DNA of 64,000 bases, taken from assembly GCA_965235115.1 (NCBI GenBank), contig OZ249438.1, positions 30,628,001 through 30,692,000 on the forward strand, in the 5' to 3' direction. The DNA is from Laetmonice hystrix. Taxonomy: Eukaryota. Both the position numbers and the translations under genes were made by a program. Under the pieces are notes generated by a model. That model saw nothing but the letters and a program-made list of their open reading frames with translations. It searched no databases and was not told the origin of the DNA. Below are positions 1-11,200 of the stretch, one piece after another. How positions within the stretch are numbered: position 1 is the stretch's first letter; each line of letters starts with the position of its first letter.

Positions 1-236
1 GGTTCTAAGTATTGGTGTTTGGATGTGAATGACAGGACATAATCAAGATGCATCAGAAGAACCATGGCTTGAGGACGGAAAGAACTGGGATATCCCATTA
101 TACAACATCTAAAAGACGACAAAAGGCGGGATGTAAGCACGAAAACAAAAGGAGAATTGTGTGTAAGGCAGACAGATTACCGAGCCCGATGGTCATGGTC
201 AGGACCACTCGACTTCAGTTCATTATAAACTTCCAA

Positions 237-339
237 TCAACTACTCCTGCTGCTTTCTAAACCACATGGGATACCAGCAGGCACATAGGTCAGATACGGC
301 GGCCCAATTTCTGTGCTACTATAAATGGACGGGATACAC
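237..339 (-). CDS. Delta: Candidate Delta exon 10 (RCIPSIYSSTEIGPPYLTYVPAGIPCGLESSRSS*)
   Basis: Phase-2-compatible acceptor TTATAG at 342-340 and 33 open codons, but weak pyrimidine tract and competing acceptors at 461 and 109; unverified. Confidence 0.25.
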
Positions 340-605
340 CTATAACTAGCACGTTGCAAGGGATTCCCGCCTTGCCACGACTCTACAGACTAGAGATGTT
401 CTCTAGATATACAAGTTCATCCTCGATTATGTACAAATTGGGTGAGACTCCAAACCAGCCCTAAAATATACAACTTCAGTTCGAAAGGGATTGAAGGAAC
501 CCCCCCCCCCCCAACACTTGGAGTACCTCTAGCACGCAAGTGTGCCACTGGATTACAACGTGCAACCTCTACCATTAAAGATGGATGATCTGTTGTGATA
601 TTTAC

Positions 606-1623
606 CTCATATCCACAGGGTCTATCTCTATTGATTTGTTGTTTGTGCTGTCTCTGACTCGGTTGCTTTTTTGCAAGTCTCTTTCGTCTAAGAGATCTTT
701 TGTATTTTGCACACTTAGTTGTGCATTATTCAAGTCTTTGATAAATGTCTTGTGGCTGGACTTGTCGATGGACAGGTCCATATTGCGCTGTGGGTTGGCT
801 TTACTAAAAGTTCTAGATGAGTCTTGTTCCTCGTTTGTAATTTTGAGGCTAACATTGTTCGGGGGTATTGTATTTATAATTGTAGTGTCCATGCACTTTG
901 TATGATTATTCATACTGTTTATTTCGTTCTGTTCGTTCTCCTTTCTAATGTTTGAGTTGTCTTCTTGGGTGCGTCGCTTGTTGCACAACAAGAAGACTAT
1001 AATAATGATAATAATCAGTATCGGTATTCCGACACCGAGGCATATAATGAGCAGCAGTTGCTGCATAGTGACTACGGACGGATCCTCTGAGTGAACCACT
1101 CCCTGTGCCGGGCCCGGAGTCTCCTCGGCCGGGCTCCGGGTCGACCCGCCGCTCGTCGGCGACAGCGGGTACGAAACGCCATCGGGCGGGGGTACTCCTG
1201 GCGGGAAATCACAGTTCTTGCCGGTAAATCCAGGGGGACAGCTGCACTCATAATCGTTCACCTGATCCGTGCATTGGCCGCCGTGTAAACATGGGTTGGC
1301 CTCACATTCGTTTATATTCACTCGGCAATCTTTGCTCTCGAATCCAGGAGCACAGTCGCACATGAAATCATTCACAAGATCGTGGCACGTGCCTCCGTTA
1401 GCACACGGCAGGTTGAGACAGTCGTCCACGTCATCTTGACAGAGAGCACCCACAAAACCTGGCACACATCGACACTGGTAGTCGTTCACTCGGTCGATGC
1501 ACGTTCCTCCATTGACGCAGGGTTGAATGGAGCAGTTGTTGTCATCCACCTCACAACGGGTGCCACTGTATCCGCTGGGACATGCGCAGCGGTAACCGGC
1601 GATTTCGTCGATACACCGGCCAT
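606..1623 (-). CDS. Delta: Delta exon 9 (EGF6-9, stalk, TM helix, intracellular domain)
   Basis: Acceptor TTTGACAG at 1626-1624; calcium-binding EGFs; TM LLLIICLGVGIPILIIIIIIVFLLC then NKRR; ends at donor AG|GTAAAT (605), or at TAA 604-602 if unspliced. Confidence 0.95.
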
Positions 1624-3299
1624 CTGTCAAATACACAACAAAGATGATATAAGTCCCAATGTCAACAATTATAAACAATCTACCATTTCTGTATGTCCAT
1701 CCCCATTCGGAACTCACACAGGTACGGCTACCCCCTCCCCCGCGTCACCCCCCCCCCCCCGCGTCACCCCTCAACCCCCCCCCCCCCCCCCGCGTCACAC
1801 CTCCCCCTCCCCACACGCAAAAATTCACTCCATTATATGCGATTTTCATTTTAATCACTGCAATATGACAAAATCTGATATATTCGTGTCTTTGGTTCAA
1901 CCTTGGTGAACGTTTCAAACACGGACATATATATATTTAAATCTACAAAGGTGTCATTGTGAGCCGGACCCAACAAAGTGTGTGACCTGCCCACCTTCGT
2001 GAGACCAGACAACTTTGTGAACGGCACAAAGTAGGCCGCCATTTGTGACGTTCAATTAGACCCAATTTTGGCGGGAGAAGGTAGTGGGCCTGGCCACGGC
2101 TGGCCCCTACATCTTGCCGTTTGGATTCCGGCTGATTGCTGATACAGAGACACACAATGTTGCTCGACACGTGCGTTGCGTGTGCCCACTATCGGAATTC
2201 TTGATGAGTTTAAATTGCCGCCCGATATCCCCTTAAATGATAGGTACCTGCAATTTCATTATATGTGCACTTCCGTATGATAGAAAGACATGGTGGCCAA
2301 CATTGCTTTAACCCACAAGAAAGGAACATGCAAGGATGTCGGAACGGGGGGGGGATACCCCCCTCCCCCTTAAACTTTCCCCCAAGAATTAAGATTGTGC
2401 CGCGATAGGCCGGATTTGAACATGATATGATAGGCTGAATCAGACATGGACTTCTGTCCCCAGCCTCTCGAACCATAGGTATTTTGACGTAAAATGACAC
2501 AGCCCTATAGAAAGGCTAGGGTCGGATTACAGCATCCCTTTAGGCTATCACTCGTTATATAATGGGTAAATTGGGCAACTAGGTCAAACGCTGCACATGG
2601 AGCAGGAGCCAATCAGAATGCGGGCCGGTTGCGTGGGGTCTTTGGCCCCTGGCGCCGAGATTTAAGCTTATTGACACGGTGGTTACAATAAGCAGTGTAA
2701 TGGATGCCCATCCTCATCTCCCGTCTACCGTCTAAAGAAGCATGATTTAGGCAGTCCAAACTATGCACACAGTCATAAGTATCAGTCGGTATCACGCTGA
2801 GTGGTAAAACATATGGAAACGAGGAAACGCATCCAAGTTTGATCAAACAATATTCGGCTTGTATTACGGCCCGACTGTGTTGAGTGGCAGCTATGTTAAT
2901 ATGACTAACCATTAGGACCAGCATCATAATTTGCTGAGGCAGCTCCCCATTTCAGTGGTCTCCATCGCCAGATTATCAACCAATCGATGTGCGTGCCCAC
3001 TTTGTGCCCCACTAGGCGGCAGTTGTCAATAGAACCACTTAAGTGGCGGTTAAACCACACTCTGGGAACACACGCACACAACGCACACAGGCACTCGGCC
3101 ATGCGCGTTTAAAAGATGCATTTCGGAAATCAATTCCTTTTTGAGGCTCAAACTGACAAACAACAAATCATGAGAAAGGTCTAGATTATCAAGTATTATG
3201 TGAGACCGAGTAAATGGTGTTCAGTTCTGCGTACAAAATGTATATCAGAAGAACGCAGTTTGTGTGACCAACAGAGAAAGCGATAGACGCGACACCTAC

Positions 3300-3513
3300 C
3301 GTTGAGGCACGGTTTGGAGGCGCACTCGTCGACCTCTCGCTCGCAGTTGGTACCGTCAAAGCCGACGGGACAGATACATTTGTAGCCGTTGAAGAAGGAC
3401 GTGCAGGATCCACCGTTACGGCAGGGGTTTTCCTCACAGGTCCTTGCTGACGAGTCACAGTGGCGACCGTGGAAACCTTGGGGACACTCACATCGGTAGT
3501 CTGTACCCATGTC
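3300..3513 (-). CDS. Delta: Delta exon 8 (end EGF4, EGF5, start EGF6)
   Basis: DMGTDYRCECPQGFHGRHCD...EVDECASKPCLN; acceptor CTCACAG, donor G|GTAGGT; 214 nt. Confidence 0.96.
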
Positions 3514-3854
3514 CTGTGAGGGGAATAAAATAAACACTATGGTAGTTTTCTATTCGCAACCCTTCAACGTTTCTGGTCAGGTACGAAGGGAATGGCGGGT
3601 GTGTACACATGACTGCGTGACGGGAGAGGGGATTTACTAGCACAGAGAATGCAGTAATAACAGTTTCTGCCATCGTTCACATTATACCTGACTGGGATTT
3701 TCTATGCAGTTTTATGAATGATCTTTTTCAAGAGAAGTGCATTCATCGATTTGATGGTTACGACATACAGTAAAAACCACGAACGGTTTTAGCCACAATA
3801 AAAGTTGAATGTAGTTGAGCTGTGACGATTCTTGTGATTGGCTGTGACACTTAC

Positions 3855-4024
3855 CCTGCACGTGCCTCCGTTGAGACACGGCTGATATTCGCAATCATCC
3901 ACTTCCATTTCGCAGTTGGTGCCTGTGGTTCCGGGTGGGCACGTGCATGTATATGACCCCTGACCCGTGTTCGTGCACGTGGCACCATTTTTACACGGCG
4001 AATGGTGCGTGCAGTAGTTGAGGT
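3855..4024 (-). CDS. Delta: Delta exon 7 (EGF3 and start of EGF4, [17 protein letters not shown]...CLNGGTCR)
   Basis: Conserved [22 protein letters not shown]; acceptor TTTGCAG, donor AGG|GTAAGT; 170 nt. Confidence 0.98.
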
Positions 4025-4677
4025 CTGCAAACATAAACCACAACATTTGCATGAGTTGTCGATCATTTTACGACTCCAAATACCCCGATGACAATGTTAG
4101 GCTGAACTCTTAATACACCTACGACAACAGCCCTAGTTAGTTATACTACAAACGTTTTCATGTGCCGGTCTTTCTCCTATTACTCTTTCTCTCATTTCCC
4201 TTTCTCCCTCTTTCATCCCCTTTCCTTGGCTGTACATGCACTATTATGTGTGAAAGGCCACTGGGCCACTAGGCCATGGCGGCGAACAGATGGTAGCTGG
4301 TAATTATATGTATTAGTGAAGATAATGTTGTGCTGCCACACGGATCAGAAATCAACCAAGGCCGTGTGAATGTTGTTCAGCATAGATTGCTGTACACGAT
4401 ATGACATGATACTCGACCACAGAATGAGGAATAGTCGGAGTTCATTACGCTCTCTCTCAACGTTCAAGTCATGTTGTAATATTGGCGTGGCTAACATAAC
4501 AACACGCAGCATGACGCAAGTTTATGATGACGCGTACATGACGACAGTTTGGATTGAACTTGGACAATACCTCTGACCCAAGTTTCCATCATTCTTCTTG
4601 TTACACATCGTGTCATTTGATTATAATTCACAACTAGACACACATTAATTACATCTATCTGATTATGATGAACTCAC

Positions 4678-4808
4678 CTTGGTTACAGAAGAGACCGCCC
4701 CAGCCTTCTTTACATTTGCACTCCCATGGCGTGGTGCAGGTTCCGTGCTGGCAACCCGGGTAGGGGATGCACTTGTCGCACAGTTTTCCATCCCAGCCCA
4801 GACGACAC
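4678..4808 (-). CDS. Delta: Delta exon 6 (rest of EGF1 plus EGF2, [43 protein letters not shown])
   Basis: Conserved [20 protein letters not shown] (DOS-type EGFs); acceptor GACAG, donor G|GTGAGT; 131 nt. Confidence 0.98.
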
Positions 4809-5354
4809 CTGTCAAGTAAAGATTTAAAGAACAAATGTACTTAAAGCGAGAACATCAGGGCAGCACTAAAACATTCATGTTCATCCATGTAGCAGTGCAG
4901 TGAACGAGCTAGAGGTGCATGGGCCTTTGTCATTCCTTTGGTAGCTAAGTTTGCAAGATATCTGTTAATTTGTTTCTGCATATACAGAGCACATGAGATG
5001 TTGTGGAACTATAGGTCTTGCTAGTTTTTACAGAGATTTCAAATTTCCACCACACTGGACCGTAGGCTTATACAACGTAATCGGCCGTACTGCAATCCAG
5101 GTCCCCAGCCCAATTTCCTAGGTTGTGTTGGAGGGCTAATATGTGGCATATTTACCCGATAAATATTGACATAGCCCAGATCGATCTACATCCATGACTA
5201 GGTCAATGAACCCTGTCGTTGTGTGGAGGAAAATACTAGGATCTAATCCCCGTGGGATTGGATGGCCCTTACGTGGGTCTGCGCCAGGCACAATGGCCAA
5301 GTCATTGGTGTATTGTGGACAGGGCGAATCTCAAAAATGACACACTCTACTTAC

Positions 5355-5415
5355 GTGCATTCGTTGGGGGCGTTGCACTGGCCGTTTTCAGGGTGGCACC
5401 CACGAAGACAAACCA
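5355..5415 (-). CDS. Delta: Delta exon 5 (first half of EGF1, VVCLRGCHPENGQCNAPNECT)
   Basis: Acceptor TCTTTCCAG, donor AC|GTAAGT; 61 nt, phase 1 to 2, exactly bridging exons 4 and 6. Confidence 0.95.
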
Positions 5416-7988
5416 CTGGAAAGAGATGAAAAAAAATGGTTGTTTTGTTATTTTAGGACTAAAATCAAACTGGACAGTGATGTGGGAAACAGAAAGAGTA
5501 GAACGCTTGTGGTGATTGTAGTCAGAATACCAGCCAGGGGAATTTAAACCAGTCCAGATAGAGAGAAAGGGAGAGGGAGGGAGAGAAAGCGTTGTGTATA
5601 CATGACAATGATAACTGTTAGTAGACCTTGGCCAGCGTCGTTTGGAGACACCCGGTTAGTATTGGTGAATAGTAAACAGTATGAAACCTGAGAGTTACCG
5701 TACGGAAGGTACTGTTAAAACTGTTGAAAACACAACCAATCCTCCCTGCACTAGCTTCATAACTGACACACCCTAAACACCGCCAAAAAAACACCGCCTG
5801 GTTTCGGCGTGGCTTGTGCTCTTTTTGTTGTTGCACATGAGTCGCCCCTATGGTAGGACAGGTGGAAGAGGATGGACAAACTTTCGCTGGTAAACTATCT
5901 GAGACAGAAGTCCAAATCTAGAGATGACTAGCCTGTCAACAGTAGTACGGCATTACACCCCCCCCCCCCCCCCCGCCGTTTCGTTCACACACAGCATTAC
6001 TAGATTTAAATGAGAGGTTTCAAGCTATATGGTAGACTGGGTATACAACAGGGAGAAGTTATTACTGTCAGTCTATGAGAGGAGGTCGGGGTGGCAGGGA
6101 CGGAGGTGTTATTTGTCCAGGTGTGTAGATGCGGGAGGGTACGACAACCAGTCGGTGGTCGGAGCGAGGCCGTGGGAACGGGTGACCGCACAGTCTGGGT
6201 GGACGGACGCTCGCGTCTCCCCACGACCGAGGGGCAGTAAGGTGCACAGTAAATCGGTCACAGTGGAGAATTTCCTCAGGCAGCTGGTGTTGGGCCCAAC
6301 ACCAGCCCAGCTGCTGTCTTTGTAGCGCCCCTCCCCCACCTCTCAGCCACCCCCCGCCCCTCAATGAGGGGTTTGTGGTCGCCCAGCTGTTCGTAAAATG
6401 ACTACGCTGGCTGGAAAGCAACAAAAGCGCAGGTCAGTGCATGGTCTCGCCTCGATGCACCCACGTGACCAAGTGCCAGGACGCTGCCCCAAACTGCGCG
6501 TGCGGCACGCGTCGGTATGCAAATGAGGCAAATTCCGCCACCTTAAGAATGCCCGTCAGCCCACATGGATCCTCCGGGAGATCGAACTCAATGAAATCAA
6601 CATCACTGGTGGTAGATCCGATCATACCGAGATTTTTTTTACATTGGTACAACTTGTCCACAAAATAAACAGTTGCTACCTCATTATTATGCTAATAGGG
6701 TAACAGGTGTATAACAAGAATAAATAATACATAGGTAATCATTGGTACATCATGAATGAATTATCCAAGTTTACGTATTGTTTGATGATTTACGTTTAGT
6801 TATCCCATCAATTTGCCCCCTCCCCCTCCCCCCAGACTGGAGGTCATCCTTTCTCTGACCTCACGCAGACACACTCGTATCGGGTTCCGTCGATTTTACT
6901 GGGAAGTACAGAACAAGTGAACCGTGTCTGGGGCATTGCCTACCTGTTGTGATCACCATGGAGACCACCCCGTTACCATCCACCCTGTCCTAGATGACTC
7001 TTACCCATTCCAGCCTCCTGGGTTGTGCACACAGAAAGAACAAGTGCCTTTGTCATTCAGATCTAGGCACGCGACCAACGTCTTTTATATCGAGAGTAGA
7101 GGTAATGTTTTCATGAAGGGTTATATGCATATGAATGGTGACCCGACAAAAGGGAAAGTGATGCTACCAAAGAGAGGGGCTGACAGTTACCACGACGGGT
7201 ATTTTCTCACGCCCTACTCAACGCTTCCGAGTATGTGGTGGTATTTAGTTTGGTGTACCCTTCAGTGGAACTCTCAGAATGAGTGGGTGACGCCTCCGTC
7301 AACCAGACCCTCCACGTGTACCGTTCGAGTCAATGTCTCTCTGTTATTACTAACTTCATTCTAGAGTGAAACGGAAATCCCATGATATGAAAACTATTTC
7401 ATCTCTGACTGTCGGACACACAATAGTCGTGGTGACTTTTTTAGTGTCTACATCCCAGTTATTCCCTATTCTGTACCTGTGTATGTGGACGTAAAATTGG
7501 TATCATTTATACCGTCATGCGGAATACCAGGAGAATAGCGGTCATTCCCAGTGGATGAAAAGTCTCCGATTCCCATACTGTTCGCATGGAGGGGGGGGGG
7601 GGGGGGGGGGGTCACCTGTTGACTGATGCCAGAGGCTGCGCCCAGGATGATGAAACAAATCCTGTCTCACCTCGGGCCAGGTGACAGTTTGTTAGAGGTG
7701 GTTTGACCAGGGAACGACGCACCGTTTACGACTGCCCCCTTGGCCTTGTGGAAGGCAGAGTGTGGCTTCGGAAGGTATAGCATAGGTATACCGTAGGCTT
7801 GAGGCATGGCTTCAGAAGAACAGCCAGAAGGAAGGAAAGCGATAGAAGGCGAAGACCTAGATAATTAAGACTATATCTGCTGTCCACAAACATATCAAAA
7901 TGTCATTTATCGGGTGCTGGTTCACTCCCGAGAAACATGTTTTGCTTTCCCTTCATTGCACTTTCGTGGAGTAAACTGAGAAACTTAC

Positions 7989-8246
7989 CTTTGTCACAGT
8001 ACTCGCCAGTCCAGCCAGACCGACACGTTTTGGTGCCGTTTTCCGAGCACGTGTAGTGGCCAAAGTTGTCGTCACGTGGACGACACACGTGGAGGCAGCT
8101 GGGACCATAGTAGTCCTCGTCACATATAACTCGAAATGAGTACTGGAGATCTTTGGTGGTTGTATCGTACTCAAAGCTACTCCATTCTTTCGTTATGGCG
8201 ACAGACCGTTGGGTGGCATGACGGGCAATTAAATCCCTTGGGCTCC
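7989..8246 (-). CDS. Delta: Delta exon 4 (end of MNNL plus DSL domain)
   Basis: LIARHATQR...YSFRVICDEDYYGPSCLHVCRPRDDNFGHYTCSENGTKTCRSGWTGEYCDK; acceptor TTTTGCAG, donor G|GTAAGT; 258 nt. Confidence 0.98.
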
Positions 8247-11200
8247 CTGCAAAACAAAAGAAGACAGAGATATTAGAATCACACAAAATGTCTCCACGAT
8301 AATTGCTGGCAGAAAAGGAAACATCCCTTTGTATGTAGTGTTGTACCAAACTGCTAAAATCTGTCTGCCAAGACCGCACCTAGTTCGTCCACAGCTATTT
8401 AACAGATAATCGTGCTGAAGACAATTGAGTGTTGATTGCTACAGCAGCCATCCCCAGTTAATGTTCCGGCCTTTGAAGAATCCTTTGAGACCATGAGAGC
8501 TAGGGTAGGTGTCTACTGGGGACCAAACGCTCAGTTACAGACGTACAGATTTGGCGCCATCAAAACCAGCTTTCACAGGACGTTGTGGCCGTTTTCAAGA
8601 CGCCATCTGTTCATGGCAAGTTTATGACACGGTGAATGAAAAGAGAAATTTAAGTAGGTATCACGTGTCCACAAGTTTCAGAAGTGAAGGAGCCCCTTTC
8701 TTAACGAAAAAAAGGAGGCAAACTGTCGGATCCCCGGGGGTTGGATGCAGATTGTAGAGCGGTCTTCGCAAAAACCGGAAACATGTGTGCTCGACCGTCC
8801 AATATAGGACATGAAAGGACACACACGAGCTCAGGGCGGCGAATTATACTGGGATAATGCTGAATTAAACTTGGATAACGCAGAGCTATTTTGAACAGTA
8901 ATTATTTGAAAGGAAGTGGAGAAGGGCCCTCACAATCCGCTTAGGTTCCATTGAAAGGCCTAGGGCCGAGAGACGTTACCATGGTCCCGTTGGAGGGTGC
9001 ACTTGTCAACGCCTGGCCGTATGAAGGGTTGATATCCGGTAAATGGCTTGGTAGTTGCCACCATTAAACTTCAGGTGGGTTGACAAGCAGTCAATTTGGC
9101 GGCAAACAGTGAAGGTTAATTAGGAAAAGTATGCAGGTGTTCGTCCGATGGGGGACCTATTAAACTTCAAACACTTTGGGTCCTGGTGTTCTTTTACTAT
9201 TTGTTACAATCTGTTAACTTGAAGGAAAGCAACAGTGAACTTCATGAATTGAACACGCTCGTCGTTTTGTAAATAACACTGGGGTCCAACATGAACTAAG
9301 TATCCATTCACGTCATCCTTACTACAATCTTACCATGATGTACAGTTACGTACGACTTGTAGTCGTAAACTAAGGTAACTAAGGATATGGGACGCATTAG
9401 GTCTTGACTGCAGTTAGCAGTTTTATAACATGCTACTTTGTGGTTTATTCGGCATTTGGTCACCATGGATGCGGTTAGCAACAGATGGAGTCAGTTCAAA
9501 ACACCAGACCTATATTATCATGCTGGTTCTGCGAATTTCATGTTGGGAAAGTTACAACTGCCTTGGGTGTAACCCCCTGCCCCCCCCCCCCCCCCACACT
9601 CACACAAACATCACCAGGTCCCTCGAACGAGGTGCACCTGGTCCATTAACATGGCCGATAGGCTGAGAGCAAGAAAACACCTGTGTGCCCACATGTCACC
9701 TGTTCTCATACTAAAGCCCCGCCGGTGGGTCAGCCAAACAGGGAATTAGAGAATCGGGTTGACAGGGTTGTCGTTTCCTGCAAATCTCCATATCTTTCCT
9801 TATCAGGGAAGCCAGTATCCTGACTGCAGTCTCTCTTTGTGATACGTTGGCATCCAACACAGGTTTAGTCAGTGCGACTCATTCAAACAAAAGTAGGCTT
9901 ACTTATAATTTATAACCAAGTAAAGATGTATACACATGCGTACGCAACATATGAATTTAAATTTGCCTGCCCGACAGCCAGATTTGGAAAGGTAAAAGAG
10001 GCCTTGGTTGGTAGCCTATATATCCGTACTGCCACCAAGTTTTACACATAGAGACACATTGAGGGAGAGCGGGTATGTTTTGTGGATGTCATTGTAAGCA
10101 AAGCGACTGACGGACGCTACGCTGGGTTTACATATCCCACAGTCGGGCGCCGTCGACCGTGACCGAGCTCGGCATATTTGAAATCCTCACGGGTTAGAAT
10201 TATACGAAGGTAAACAAGGCGATGAAGGAGGGCTAATCTAGAGCTCAAGTGTCATTTAGACGTATTAGTCTACCCAGCGAGAAACGGTCCATATTACTGC
10301 AGGGGTCCTACATACCTTGAGGTAGCTACATTATAGAAAGGGTCAGTTAACCTGGGACAAAGGTAGAACCTGCCACTGAACTAGGTCTGTGCCGAGGGAT
10401 GAGAGAACTGGGGAGCAGCACACGTGGGGTGGAAGCTGTCTGCAGACATAGCCGTCTGTGGGCGTCCCTGTGATGTCTTTACATCCAGACATATACAACC
10501 ATAAACATACTGCATTTAGGATTAGACATCATTGTATATGCAGGCCTGCGTACATTTTCATTCATACATTGCAAGCCATTATCCATCTTTTCCACATGGA
10601 CGTATTGGTTGTAGGCATACAACATATAGTATATGTGCATAGTACTCGTAGTACGATAATGTCGTACGATAATGTTGTCGGCCCTATTACCGGCGTTGTG
10701 GGGCATGTGTGGCAGGCTCGCGGGCGTACACAGAGGTGAGCGACAGCTGAGCACATGGCGGCAGGAAATAGGCCCAGTCCCAGGCCCGGCCCCAGCCCGG
10801 CCAAACCGCGTGTTTCACCACGACCATCTGCCGAGTCAACCGACCACGTGTGCATCATGTCAGATGTATGTTTGTGTGCCTTTAACCGACATGTCGGAAC
10901 AAATTGCACAAGTCGCGTCAGATCGTCGCTGACGATGGGCATAATGTGGTGGTAATGTTGATAGGCTAGGTTTGCCAGCTGTTACTGTGGGACCGAGGAG
11001 AACTTTCCAACTATCAGAGATAGAATTTTGATCTATTGGTAAACGGTATACGTTACAAATTTGTAGAAAGACTCCCATGGAATAGAAATCCAGTCTATTC
11101 TGACCACGACGTCCTTGTTCCCTTTTTGCAGAGTCTGGAGCAGCCACTAAATAATCAAGTCCAGATTGCACGTGGGACCAGAGCAGCTGTAGGCTACGTC

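Noticed and set aside
211-219. ACT GAA GTC (TEV) on the minus strand as the PDZ motif
   Set aside because: Not followed by a stop and not reachable in frame from any phase-2 acceptor.
181-239. Stop-codon readthrough of TGA 239-237 into LEVYNELKSSGPDHDHRAR
   Set aside because: Context TGA-T is not the leaky TGA-C, and 19 open codons are expected by chance.
1-600. Brd, GY or K box miRNA sites typical of Notch-pathway 3'UTRs
   Set aside because: None found on the sense strand in the short 3' segment available.
1383-1393. Perfect TGGCACGTGCC box (and similar at 3859-3985) in exons
   Set aside because: Explained by GGC/TGC-ACG-TGC codons of EGF repeats.
1624-1717. N-terminal extension MSSEWGW...IIFVVYLT of ORF 602..1717 as a start or signal peptide
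   Set aside because: It is intron 8: the T-rich acceptor tract explains the hydrophobic reading, and the acceptor at 1626-1624 joins exon 8 in phase.
7588-7611. Long G or C homopolymers (here and at about 500, 5958, 25774, 28802, 32795, 57094, 63187)
   Set aside because: Common slippage products and prone to assembly error; no associated structure.
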